This document shows, piece by piece, positions 48,401 to 60,240 of a stretch of DNA of 64,000 nt (the stretch's first letter is position 1; the number at the start of each line of letters is the position of its first letter). Under the pieces are notes generated by a model. It ran no database searches. It was not told the DNA's origin and was given only the letters and a program-made list of their open reading frames with translations. This DNA comes from Macrostomum lignano (Eukaryota): assembly GCA_002269645.1 (NCBI GenBank), contig NIVC01002017.1, forward strand, positions 124,001 to 188,000. The letters run 5' to 3'. The translations under genes and the position numbers were made by a program.

Positions 48401-48627
48401 ACGGCCGCTAGGTGGACGGCCGTGTCTCTGAATGGGTTCGGCGCCCGGCCCTCCAGAGATTTCCCGCTCTCTTTGTAGAGCTTCAGCTGCTCTAGATCGC
48501 CCGATTCAAGAATATCGAACAGCTCGGTTGTCATCATCGCCTCCGAGGCTTCGTCGGCAGGCAGCTCGATAATCTCCTCCTCTTCATCGTCTACTTGCTG
48601 CTGCGGTGGCTTTATTTCGTCAGCCAT
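39476..48627 (-). CDS. Giant ankyrin-repeat protein, ~2742 aa, 3 coding exons
   Basis: Exons 48627-47116, 47046-46461 and 45606-39476 total 8229 nt, in frame with GT-AG introns. Continuous G.TP.H.AA..G...L..L ankyrin repeats; no other domain recognised. Confidence 0.93.
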
Positions 48628-51209
48628 TCCTGAAAATAATATTTATGTGAAATTAGTGACACCATTTATTGCGGTAAAGTTGCGCGTCAGGTAAATAGTA
48701 AATTTAAAATCTTAGAGATTTAAGTGTATTGTGAAGAATGTGAGCACTATCATAGCACACTAAGAATACTCTAACTTAGAATCTAAGGAGGGCACTAGCA
48801 CCATGATTGGCAAGTTTCTTACGTATTTAGGATTGGTTTTTGAGATTTTATATGCAGGGCCTCAAGCAGTTTTAGTCTGTACTCATTTGAGCACTTATGA
48901 ATGGTAGAAAAAAATAATCGATTTAGCTGTCACAGCATTCTTTCTTTGCATACCACATCAGATGGTCGTGCACGGCTGACATACTTTACCTGTATTCTCT
49001 ACTTCTCACATACAGGTGTCGGGTAGTTTCACCTATGCAGGTGATACTCTGGTCACCAGAGCATTGAAATCGGTAAATGACCTCTTTATCTTTATCTTAT
49101 CTTATTTTATCTTTCCATCTTTGTATGAACAATCTAAATAAGGTATTGTGGCTCTACTTGGTGCAAAAATATACGCTATTACTTCACTACAGTCTTCCAA
49201 TTTCCAATTTCAATGCAAAACAAGTCATTCAGAGTTTAGTGGCTGAAATATAATCAGGTAGCTTATTTACCACTGAATTCACTTCCCGAAATCGTAGCTC
49301 GCCTCGGCAAGTTGTCTGTCTAGCTGTCCCAATGTCTTGGGATGCCAAATAGTATTTTAGATTTTTCAGTCCTGATAGACAGAGAGGTGCAGTTAGGAAG
49401 AGGCCGGAGGGCCTGGCTGCTATGGTATTTGTCGTTAACCCTGGCTGGCATAAAAGAACCCTGTGGAGTGAGGTGGTTTTGGGCATGGGCTGGACTGGGG
49501 AGAGAAGGCCTCATTGAGTCCCTGACCCACCTCTACAGTCATGCACTGTTCTAAACTTCCCTATGCCTCTGCCTACTCAGAGCTTAGCAAACCAGGTGGG
49601 GTAAAGCATTGTTGGAGTGGCAGCTGGAGATGAAGATAGGAGGAACAGGGGGTGTCTGTCTGGGGTAGAGATGACTGTCGGGAGAGCAGGCCAGAGCAGG
49701 CTTTGCAGTACATTTGCTCTGGGGTGGTCCACCGGCCTCTCTGTGACGTGCAGAATTCTCTATACCACTGGGAAAGAGCAGGAGTTCTGCCTTGTAATTC
49801 CATTCCATACCTGGCGCACTGCAAATTAGAAGGTGGAAGGGGGGAATAATGAGGGGAGAAGCGGGCGGAGATGGAAAGGAATGACTCGCCGAAGTGTAGA
49901 CTCACACGCCTGGTCTGATGATTCAAAGAATTTTCTGCCCAGATCTTGAAGTGCAACTGAGCACTGGTCTGGCAGATTAGTTCTCTCCCTTGCTCTTACA
50001 GTCCAATGGCGCCTATTCCACTTCCTCCTTTCTCTCCTTTGTGAGTACTTCGGATCTAAGGTGGTGGTGGAGAACATAAGGCTGGGAAATCAATATTACA
50101 GGCCTACCTTTAGCGGAGTATGACTGAAGGCAGGCTAGCTCTTGCTTTCTTCATTTGGTTTCCTAGTTCCTACAAAGTGCCTCATTAAAGTATCTGTCGA
50201 ACTTTTACGCAAGTAACGCTGAACGCAGATCGGTGTATCAAAAAATCATAATCAATTTCAAGGACTTTTTAATACCTGATTAAGACTCCTTGCTCAAAGT
50301 CATTCTTGCTCACGAATTTCAATCCATACTCGTAACTTCATTTTTAAAGCCAATAATTTGTAAATCAGACAAAGCTATACTATTATCAATAAGTGAGTTG
50401 GAGTGTAATCTTCTGGGCGAGATGATCTCGACTATTTTAAGTAGAAGTGCCGCTTCGTTATCGCAACATTCATCCGTTCCTTTCTTTCACAGAAAGTTTA
50501 AAAAGATTTTTTCAACCAATACTTTCATAAAAGATCATAGAGTAGAGAGGTATTGAGTGAGCATATATTTTGTTGTGTAATATTGCTTCAAAAAAACATA
50601 TTTTCTGGGGCGGAGCAAATATGTTATGCTAAAGTAGCTGCTCTTCTGCTCTACTGGCACTTAATACTGTCTTGTTGACTTTGACTTATTTAAAGACATT
50701 TTTCTAAGAAGGAACAAATACCTCTGCAAACTTTCTCGAACGTACTGGCACCGTTCCCCTTCATTGTACACCCTAGCCGGCGTCCTAGACAGTACTCGGA
50801 CTGACTCAGCGTTACGACAACGGGGTGAAGGAAACCCCCAAACCGACTCACTTGTAAACCAATGGGCGCTGCAGGGGACGGAAAGTGCAGAGAGAGAGAG
50901 ACATTGAGACAGAGGGGGGGGACGAACAAGAGAGAACTGCTATTGACAGGAAAACTGGATTCTACTGGCTGGACTTACTGGCTTAAAATGGAAGCACAGC
51001 GAAAGAAAACAATGAAGGTAAGGAGCAATTCCAGCCGCTCCAATTGAGCTCCATTGAGTAGTCATGATGATAAGTCTCAACTGCAACACACGCCAATCTA
51101 TTTGGGCTTCATGCATCGGTAAGTTTCAATTTTCCACACTGTACATGTACAAGTGCAGCACTACAAATTCAATGCACTATAAAACACTGAGCCCATGCCG
51201 TCAATACAG

Positions 51210-54200
51210 TTTTGTGCATCACCAGCTTCACAATGTGCGAGTCTTCCCGGCAGCACAAGTACAAATGGAAGCTGGACGACATGGTGAGCGACTGCAGGCC
51301 GTGGGTGTCAGTTCACGTCAAAACAGGAGGCGACCTGCACAACATCACTCTGACGCAGTCAAATACGTAAGCAAAATTTACTTTGCTTTTTCAATATTAA
51401 GTTTTGGAAAACAAACCAATTTTGCGTCTGCGTTTCAGTGCCGTCTTCAACAATGAGGTGTTCATCCACACTGCCAGAAGCAATTTCACAGCAAGCCACC
51501 GAGCTCCGTGTCTTTATCAAGGCACTACCAACTCTTTAACTGGTGACTCCGTGTTCGCCAGCGAATTGCGGGGGCAGCTTAGGTGAGCTCGTGGATAAGT
51601 TAAATAACTCAGCTTTGTTTGTTAATTGAATTAACTTATTGCTGTTTACCTGTACAGGGTGACCTTCAGGTACAACGGCACGTGGTACAGAGCAGTGGCT
51701 CTCAGGAACAGCTCGGAACCGTCCATTGCTTTGAGTTTCGAGCCTCACGAGGACATTGTGAGTCGGTGTCACTCAAAAATCCCACCTCGAGAATTTAGCG
51801 AGCTCAAATTGGACTCGAGCAGTCCAAGTCCTGTCAAGAATCCCGTTGTTAGAAGGCGACGATCCCTGAATCTCGGGGGCTTCAGCAATGCAGCCGTCAC
51901 GAAGGTGCTGGAGCTCGTCATCGTAGTCGACAGGAGCTTTGTAAGTCGCTTCGATGCCGTTGCTTTATTAGAAATATCGTTCAGCACAGCAAAATAACCC
52001 GTTAACCCATGCGCCTCCTCTAAAGGTGAGCAAAGCAGGAAGCGAGGGAAATGCCGTCGCTCGTGTTATGCAAATCACAAACTACGCGAACGGGGTAAGT
52101 GGGAGCACGACGTTTGCTTGCGGGAAGTTTGCTTGCCGAACTTTGCTTGCAGAATTTTGCTTGCCGAACTTTGCTTGCCGAACTTTGCTTGTCGAATTTT
52201 GCCTGCCGAAGTCTGCTTGCCGAAGTTTGCTTGCGGAATTTTGCTTGCCGAAGTCTGCTTGCCGAACTTTGCTTGCAGGAAATTTGCTTGCAGGAATTTT
52301 GCTTGCCGAGGTTTGCTTGCCGAAGTTTGCTTGCGGAATTTTGCTTGCCGAAGTTTGCTTGCGGAATTTTGCTTGCCGAAGTTTGCTTGCGGAATTTTGA
52401 TGTCTGCTTCCTAAAAATTCGCAATCACAATTGCAAGGTTTTAACTTGCCGAATTATTTTCTTGTTTGCTTGCTTGCTTGTTTGATGGCTTGTGAAGTTG
52501 GTCAGTCAATTATTACATACTACAGTTGCTTTGCAAGTGGATTCTTATCAGCGTCGACATAAACTGACTTGATACTAAGCTTTCAAACTAGGTGTATAGA
52601 TTTTCATTCTAAGAATTAGTATATACGACTCGTATAATGATTAGAGATTCAATATAGGTAGTTAGGGATCAGTAATAGTGTAAATCTTTTTAGTTCCTGA
52701 TTTCAGCACTGAGCAGGATGATAATTTTAGTGATGCTAATGAATGCATATACTAATATTAATTGTATAAAAATGTAAACGAACTTGGACTAGCGGATTTG
52801 CACGAGTACTAGTAGTAGTGTACTTGTCACCGAGGAACGAAAGCTAAAATAGAACCCAAAGTTCCGTGGAGGTAACGAGTGTTACATTATTATACAAATT
52901 ATTATAAAATCGAAATCAAAGCAAAATTCGGCAAGCAAAGTTCGACAGGCAAAATTCCGCAAGCAAACTTCGGCAAGCTTATGTGCAGCAAGCAAATTTC
53001 CTGCAAGCAAAATTCGGCAAGCAAACTTCGGCAAGCAAAGTTCGACAAGCAAAGCTCGGCAAGCAAACTTCGGCAAGCAAAGTTCGACAAGCAAAGCTCG
53101 GCAAGCAAACTTCGGCAAGCAAAATTCCACAAGCAAAGTTCGGCAAGCAAACTTCGGCAAGCAAAATTCCACAAGCAAAGTTCGGCAAGCAAACCTCGGC
53201 AAGCAAAATTCCGCAAGCAAACTTCGGCAAGCAAACTTCGGCAAGCAAAATTCCACAAGCAAAGTTCGGCAAGCAAACTTCGGCAAGCAAAATTCCACAA
53301 GCAAAGTTCGGCAAGCAAACCTCGGCAAGCAAAATTCCGCAAGCAAACTTCGGCAAGCAAACTTCGGCAAGCAAAATTCCGCAAGCAAAAGTCCCGCAAG
53401 CAAACTTCGGCAAGCAAACTTCTCGCAAGCAAATTTCATAGACCCGGGGTAAGTAGTAAATAATCTAAACCATCAGGCATTTGTCGTTGTACTAATTAGC
53501 GTTGACAAACCGCGACACTTCCTTGACTGACTGTTCAGGCTTATCACAAGTTAAACCTGCGCTTAGTGCTGACCAACATTATCATCTGGTCAGCCGATGT
53601 CTTCCCCATCACTAACAGTCCTGACAGCACTCTGAACAGTTTCACGGCTTACAAAATGATGCAAGTTGATGTAAAATACGACACTATTATTCTACTAAGG
53701 TGAGCTGACAGAAACCATTTGTTCGAGGTTGTTCTAACAAAACTTTATCAGCCAATAATGTTTTTTTTATTTCAACGTGCAGCGCTATGCAATGGAACAG
53801 CGGCAAGACCCTCGGTCTGGCTTGGATGAATGGCTTGTGCGATAGGCTGTTCGCTGCAGCAATTGTGTCGGTAAGAGCCCACTGCTACTACTGGGATATG
53901 TTTTTTGTAAACTGGCCGTAATTAATAATGGAGACACCGAACCACTGATAGGACAAGTACGCCGAGTCCATCAGCACAGCCTGGACGCTGACTCACGAGA
54001 TCGGGCACAACCTGGGCTTCGACCACGTTGAAGACGTGTCCGGCTGTTCTTGCAGCAGGACCGGCGGCTGCATCATGAACGCATACCTGTCGTCAACCTA
54101 CCGGTTAGAAATGCGTCGGATTTAATTTATTAACACATAATATAGACTTTTAATTATCAGCTAAATTTCGCACTAATTTTACAGCCTGACCGTTCTCGAC

Positions 54201-57200
54201 TGGTCAACCTGCGCCATTAACACGTGGAATTCGCAGGTGAATTCGAACTGGCGCAGCTGCTTAGCTGACGCTCCCGAAGCGTCCTACTATACCAGCCGGA
54301 GTTCAATGTGCGGCAACGGCATCCTGGAGACTGGCGAGCAGTGCGACTGCGGCCCGGCCGAGGTGAGTCAGAAATAAACAAAACATCGCCAATGCACAAC
54401 GAAAAGCCAAGTGCTTGATGCGTCATGCGAAGGTTGAAAGAGCCGGGCACCGCCCCCACAGACTCTCAGCACTATTCTTGGCTTGCTTTGCGCACAGTAA
54501 ATGCATCGCACAATGGTAACTCGTCTGTGCTCAGAGCTGAGTCTCAGGGGTTCTAGTCAAGGAGAGGCTATTGTGTGAGATATGCATGAGCTACTCAGCT
54601 TTGGCTCAGTACTACATTTAGTAGTGCTAACAACTAACAATATGCACATTTTACGAGCTTCCATTATATTTGCCCATATGAACACCTCAAATTTCGCGAG
54701 TAGCCATGAGTAAGCTTTATAAAATAAAGAGCTCTCCAAAAAGTGAAGAATTTAATTATTCACAGGGCGTTGTCTCGTCGCAGTCCAAGTACGAAGGGTT
54801 TAGAAGAGTGTTTTGCTAATACGGAATTGACAACCTAAATACCAAGACATGTCTATGTTGATTAATTATCAATGCACAGAACAGATTAAAGGGCACTGTG
54901 TTCTAGATAGCATTAGGATCAGAGAAAATACTGTGACATTCAATCTTCCACTTGCTAACCATCGCAGACTTGCACATCGAGATGCTGCGACGCCGCTACG
55001 TGTCGGCTGAAGGCTGGTGCCGCCTGCGCCTCAGGGTCGTGCTGCGACTGGAACACCTGCAGCCTGCGATCCAGTGGGGACGTCTGTAGGCCAGCCAACG
55101 GTCCGTGCGACGTGCCGGAGACCTGCAGCGGCTCCAGCGAGTGGTGCCCAGCCGTTGACAAAGTGGCCAATGGCGTCGATTGCGCTTCCGGTCAGGTGAG
55201 ATTTTCGTCGCTGGATCGAAGCTTAAAAATTTCTTTTTTGAGCGTTTCGTTGAGCGTTTTTTATTTTAGTTGAGTGCCTCGATGAAGTTGCTCAGATGCT
55301 GGAAACTATAATCCAATTTCAGGCGTACTGCTACAATGGCCAGTGCAAAACAACGGACTCTCAGTGCCAGCTGCTATACTCCGCCACTGCCACCACAGGG
55401 AGCAGCACCTGCTACAACTTGAACCGGCGGGGTGACCTGTACGGACACTGCAGCCTGCAGCTGGACGGGGTCAGCTACATCTCCGGCGCGGGCTTCAATC
55501 GGTCGTATTCCTTCGGCGCCTGCTCCTTAGCGTGAGTCCGACCCCCGCAGAGCTCAATGACGCGAGAATAACGCCGGAATCAATTTCAGGACGAGCTATT
55601 TTAATCTAAAACATTCAATTGTCTCAGACAGGCTTTTTAGCTTTCTATCCCATTGTTCGATTGAAATTTCCAATTAATTTTAAAACTCAAGTAGACGAAA
55701 GAATCATAAATGGATAAGGGCTTTAGTTTCTCACCGTCTCAAGTGCCCGAAAAATTTCGTTTTTGTGCCAAAATTAAACTGTTTAGCAGAGCTTTTGTAT
55801 CTTTTAATAGAAAAAACTCAAAGTATTCTGGTCCATTCCCGTTAATCTACAGAAATTCTGAATGTGGCCTTCTGCAGTGCTACGACACGGCTGCCCCCAC
55901 CTTTGGGGGCAAGGTGACTACAGGTGGCACCGTCTGCTACACGCCTTCGCGGATGGATTTCTCGTCGTCCGACCTGAGAAGTCCCGGGTTCGTTCCCGAC
56001 GGAGCCAAGTGCGGATCCAATTCGGTAAGAGTCCGAGGGACTTCTTGAGTTCAGGGACTTCTTGAGTTCAGGGGCTTCTTAAACTTTAGATTCATAAAGC
56101 ATTCACAGCTAACCACTGTTCATAAAATACCTTTGTAATTTATTTGGTCATTTTTCGTATAGATACCTGGATAGAAAAATCGATTTCCGATTTCATATGC
56201 CTGGATACTCGTAATTAAACCAACAAGATCCAGCTTAGATATATAGATTGATATTCAATACTTCCCTCGTGAGAATTATCGCCATACCTTAAAGCCTCTC
56301 TATTCCCCATACCCTGGTTGCGGGTTTCGGGGTATTGCAATCTGCTTAAATTACAAGTAAAAGTATCTTTCCAAATTTGGATCGGTTTGCTGTTGCAACG
56401 CTAAGCAAATTTTCTTCTCTAGATGTGCATCAACTCGCAGTGCACCTCGCTGAGCACAGTTCGCGCGTGCCCAACCTGTCCGAACTGCAACAGCAACGGT
56501 GTGCTCACCCGGGCCAAGCTCTGCTTCTGCAACGCCGGCTTCGCGCCACCAAACTGCGCAACCACCGGCTGCGGAGGCTCGTCGACATCGCCACTGGCCT
56601 GCTTTGGTGAGAGTGCACCTGTGGCCTCGAAGAGTTTTATTCCTCTGAATCTGTTTCGGTAATAGCAAGGTTAGAATATATCGTTATTACTATAGGGCGC
56701 CCTGTCGACATCGTCACATAACCAGTGCTGAGGCAATTCTGCCCATTCCGCATGATCACATTGAACACATACAAGCGCGCCAATACTGTACGCAGGCACG
56801 CACTCACACACACGCTCACACAGGGTGCACAGCGGCCCTTTGACTTTCTAATCGTCACGCATGTACACTCTGTGTGCCTGTGGGGGTTGGGTTGGTCCTG
56901 ATGGGTGCGAATCGCATGACAACTGGCCCTGGCCAATTTTCTGTGCACCCAAACCCCAAATGACTGCAGCAGATGGAATCCAATCATTGGTTCGTGACGC
57001 GAGAGTCAGGTGCATTCATTGCTCAGCTCAAATTTTACATCTGTCCTGAAATATTGTCTAAGAGGTGAAATCGCCCACTGCTTTTACACGCGCAGACTCG
57101 AACAGAACCACAATCAGCCAGCCGACTACCTCGACGCTGCTGACGACCACGCCTTCAAATCAGAACGGCACAGACCCTGGCACAATCTTCGGCCTGCAGA

Positions 57201-58120
57201 TGTGGCAAATCATTGCCATCCTGGCTGGCGCGGGCGTTTTGATCCTCCTAGTGATCATTTCCGTCAGTGCGCACTGCGCCATCCGCAACCAGCGCCTCCG
57301 TCGGGCTAAAAGAGCCGCCAGGCCAGCGCCGCCATCGCAGCATCCGCCACCCTCCAGGCAGCAGTCGCAGCATCCGCCACCCTCGAGGCAGCAGTCGCAG
57401 CATCCGCCACCCTCGAGACAGCAGTCGCGACCGCAACAGCCGCTGCCACAGCCGCCTCCCAGGCCAGATTTTCTCCGACCGTCGCCGCATCAAGCGCACA
57501 ACCCTGCGTTTGTGCTTGACGATTTCACTGCAGTGAGCATGCGGATGCTGTCACATTTCGTTTGTTAGTTAGAGGGGCAGAGAGACAGAGGCGCGTACAG
57601 CGCCCCTGACTGTCTCATGGCCAGGCATGCACATTCTCTGTGCCTTGGGAAGGACCAAGCAAAATTTTCATCTTTACCAAATTCAGCGTGTAGCTCTGAA
57701 ATTAAATAGTTGAGTTAGTTACTGGAACGCTACCTACGGCAGTTGCTGCAGTATAGACGAAAATTGCATTTAAAGAAACTGGTAAAACTGAAGAGCCACA
57801 ATCCCAGTCAGGCAGTTTTTAAACAATCAAGCCATGGCTACTACAAACAAAAACGCTAGGCCAGCCGAGGAGCTGAAAGCAAGCTTCCTGCAGATCCGTA
57901 TAAGTAGAGAGGCGATGGCACACAGGTACACAGAAGCTATATCTGATTCATAATTCACGAAGCTTTATTCTCTAATTTCCAGCCTCCGCCACCTTACGAG
58001 CCAGCGCGGCCTCAGCCATCAGCTCCGCCTCCGCCCTCGTTCAGAACGGCCGCCCCGTCTGTGTACACCTTGTCCTCGCCTCAGGCCTGGTCGGAGCGGC
58101 CGCCGCCAAGGTATTTCTGA
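51210..58120 (+). CDS. ADAM metalloprotease-disintegrin (pro, reprolysin, disintegrin, Cys-rich, EGF, TM, Pro-rich tail); start exon not located
   Basis: Exons ~51210-51366, 51439-51582, 51658-51940, 52026-52094, 53539-53699, 53783-53870, 53952-54103, 54185-54362, 54968-55195, 55323-55531, 55853-56024, 56423-56606, 57096-57532 and ~57983-58120. Furin site RRRR; ELVIVVD; zinc motif HEIGHNLGFDH with CIM Met-turn; CGNGILETGEQCDCG; CDVPETC; TM segment IIAILAGAGVLILLVIISV. Confidence 0.92.
52113..53433. mobile_element. Foldback-like element: two inverted arrays of 14-15-bp subrepeats around a ~520-bp AT-rich spacer, inside an ADAM intron
   Basis: Left array 52113-52398 (GCTTGCCGAAGTTT-type), right array 52918-53433 (reverse complement). 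The outer 28 bp match 27/28. No TSD seen. Confidence 0.6.
57337..57430 (+). repeat. 30-bp coding repeat (SQHPPPSRQQ x3) in the ADAM cytoplasmic tail
   Basis: Visible tandem units within the TM/tail exon. Confidence 0.9.
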
Positions 58121-60240
58121 ACAGCTCAAGCCGGTGGAACTCGATGACACAATTGAATTTTTAATCTCATGCCTGCTTCTTTGTTGAACATTGAAATCGA
58201 TTCTTTAACTCGAGCCTGATTTCACCAACCTGCTAAGTACTCGTAGTTCTGCAAGTACGCTTCCTTAAAGCGATGCTCATTGGTATTTTATTTTTCTATT
58301 TGTGATTCCATTCAAATCATTTTTGCGCCTGTGAAATATGAAGGTATTTTTGGCTCTTTTTTAATATTATATCTTATTTATTCCTGAATTGAAGATTTGA
58401 GTATATTTTCTGCAAATACTACTAAATATAACTACTATTTTAAAGATATTCACATTTTTGCACATGATTTGCAAAAATTCGTTACTAGCATACCGTTTCG
58501 ACACATCGATAATGTACAACTTCGAGTGTAATGCAGGCAGGAATGACTTACAGTAAGTTTATCTTTTCTGCCTTCTCTTTAAGTAGTTCTTGTTTAGAGC
58601 AGGAATGCAGCCAGTGCCTTCAATGCATGCGTGAAGGCGCTCAACTTCTACTCCAGATTCGACATTCCAAATACAATATTGGCTGCGCTGCATCTTCTTT
58701 ATCGCCAAGAGAAAAACAGTTCGTTTCATTGTGTGTGATTACTCGTAATTTACATCGCTGAGACCACTTCAAGCCAAAGCCAAACCTGGATGCAGAATTC
58801 TCGGCTGAGAGTGCAAGCTGCGAAAACTCAAACTGCTTTCACGTTTGCTTTTATAGTAAACAAGTAGTAAGTATAGCAATCTGCTTATTAACTAGTCATA
58901 TTGGTAATCTCTTCAGGAGACGATGTTCAAAGCAAGAAGCATCCGCCCTGGAAGCCTCGCCTTAGATATTACTTAGTTCCCCTTAGGAGTTTCGGATAAA
59001 AGCATCTGAGCAACCCCCATGAGCATTTCAGCGATATCCTCAGTACCTTGACATTAACAATTCACTCTGAGCCACAGAATTTCAGCGACTCCCCATGAAT
59101 TTTTTTTGTTGACACGGCAATTCTTTTACAAGCAACTCTGGTCGGTTGGTAGAAGAGAAATGAAAAGAAGAAAGAAATGAAGAGAATGGAAGCCAAGTTA
59201 TTCGTGTTTAGAATAACTCGATGCATATTTTCGCGACTTGAGTGACTCTAATATGAAATTTCGTATAATATAATAGCGAACAGTTATATTATAGGAAGGT
59301 GAAGGAGGGTGGAACAGGCCCCTGTGACAAGCCGAAAGTATTTTGTGCCTAACAGGTTTGGTGACTAAAATGTGTCCATTACTCTGCCGTGGCTTGCCAT
59401 TGTATAGCAATTTGACGATCATTATCTGTAGTTTTTATGCGTTACAATTCATTGTTTGTTTGCCATTCGGCTAGAGAGAAGGGTATGAATACACTCTACC
59501 ATAGACATCAAAGTTTTCTTCAAGTTTTCTTCACACCCCCCTGCTACGAGCGTCTCACTTTTCTATGCCACAGACAGTTCATACGATTTGATCGTCCAAT
59601 AGCGATACAATGAAAAGAAACAGCGGCCCCAGTGCGTGACAACGATTGTTATTGTCATGTACGTGGCGCGGGGTAATGGACAATAGCACGCATCCCGCGT
59701 GCGTGCTATCCACGAGTTTCCCGTTGGCAGAACTGCTGCCGCAGCTCATATATACTTGCCCCCCGTAGCTGGGGAGTGAATTTTGTGTCTATGGCTTGCA
59801 CGATCGCATCTAAGCAGCCCCGTTCTCTCCCGTAACGGCAGTTGAGCTGCCACAGTAGTATTTCGAAATTATTTAAATTTAGACATAGCTAAAAGTGTCT
59901 ATCACTATGCAGATAGTCGCTTGTTTGTGTTATGCTTGCATGTATTAACATTTTAATGTAGTTAAATGTTCATTTGTTTACACGTCAGAGTTATAAATCA
60001 ATTGTATTGCGATTAAGACTCACAAATCCGACAAAATTACCAACAGTGATTGAACTGTCATCTGAGGAAGAGCAGTTTGCATGCAGAAATTTATTGGGTA
60101 CACGCAATGAAAAACAGCATTGGCTCATAGAAATTCAAACTAACAGTACATGTAGGTACACGCATTGAAAAACAGCATTGGCTCATAGAAATTAAAAAAC
60201 AATACGAGCGTAAGTGCACACGTTATGAGAGTCAAATAGA

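Noticed and set aside
49229-50560. Possible decayed LINE or pseudogene fragments, or the first ADAM exon
   Set aside because: Only vague similarity, with multiple stops and no diagnostic motif. The ADAM start exon could not be assigned.
52020-53463. KFACRSLLAE / KQTSASK repeat ORFs (pentapeptide-like)
   Set aside because: Translations of the intronic foldback subrepeats, open on both strands.
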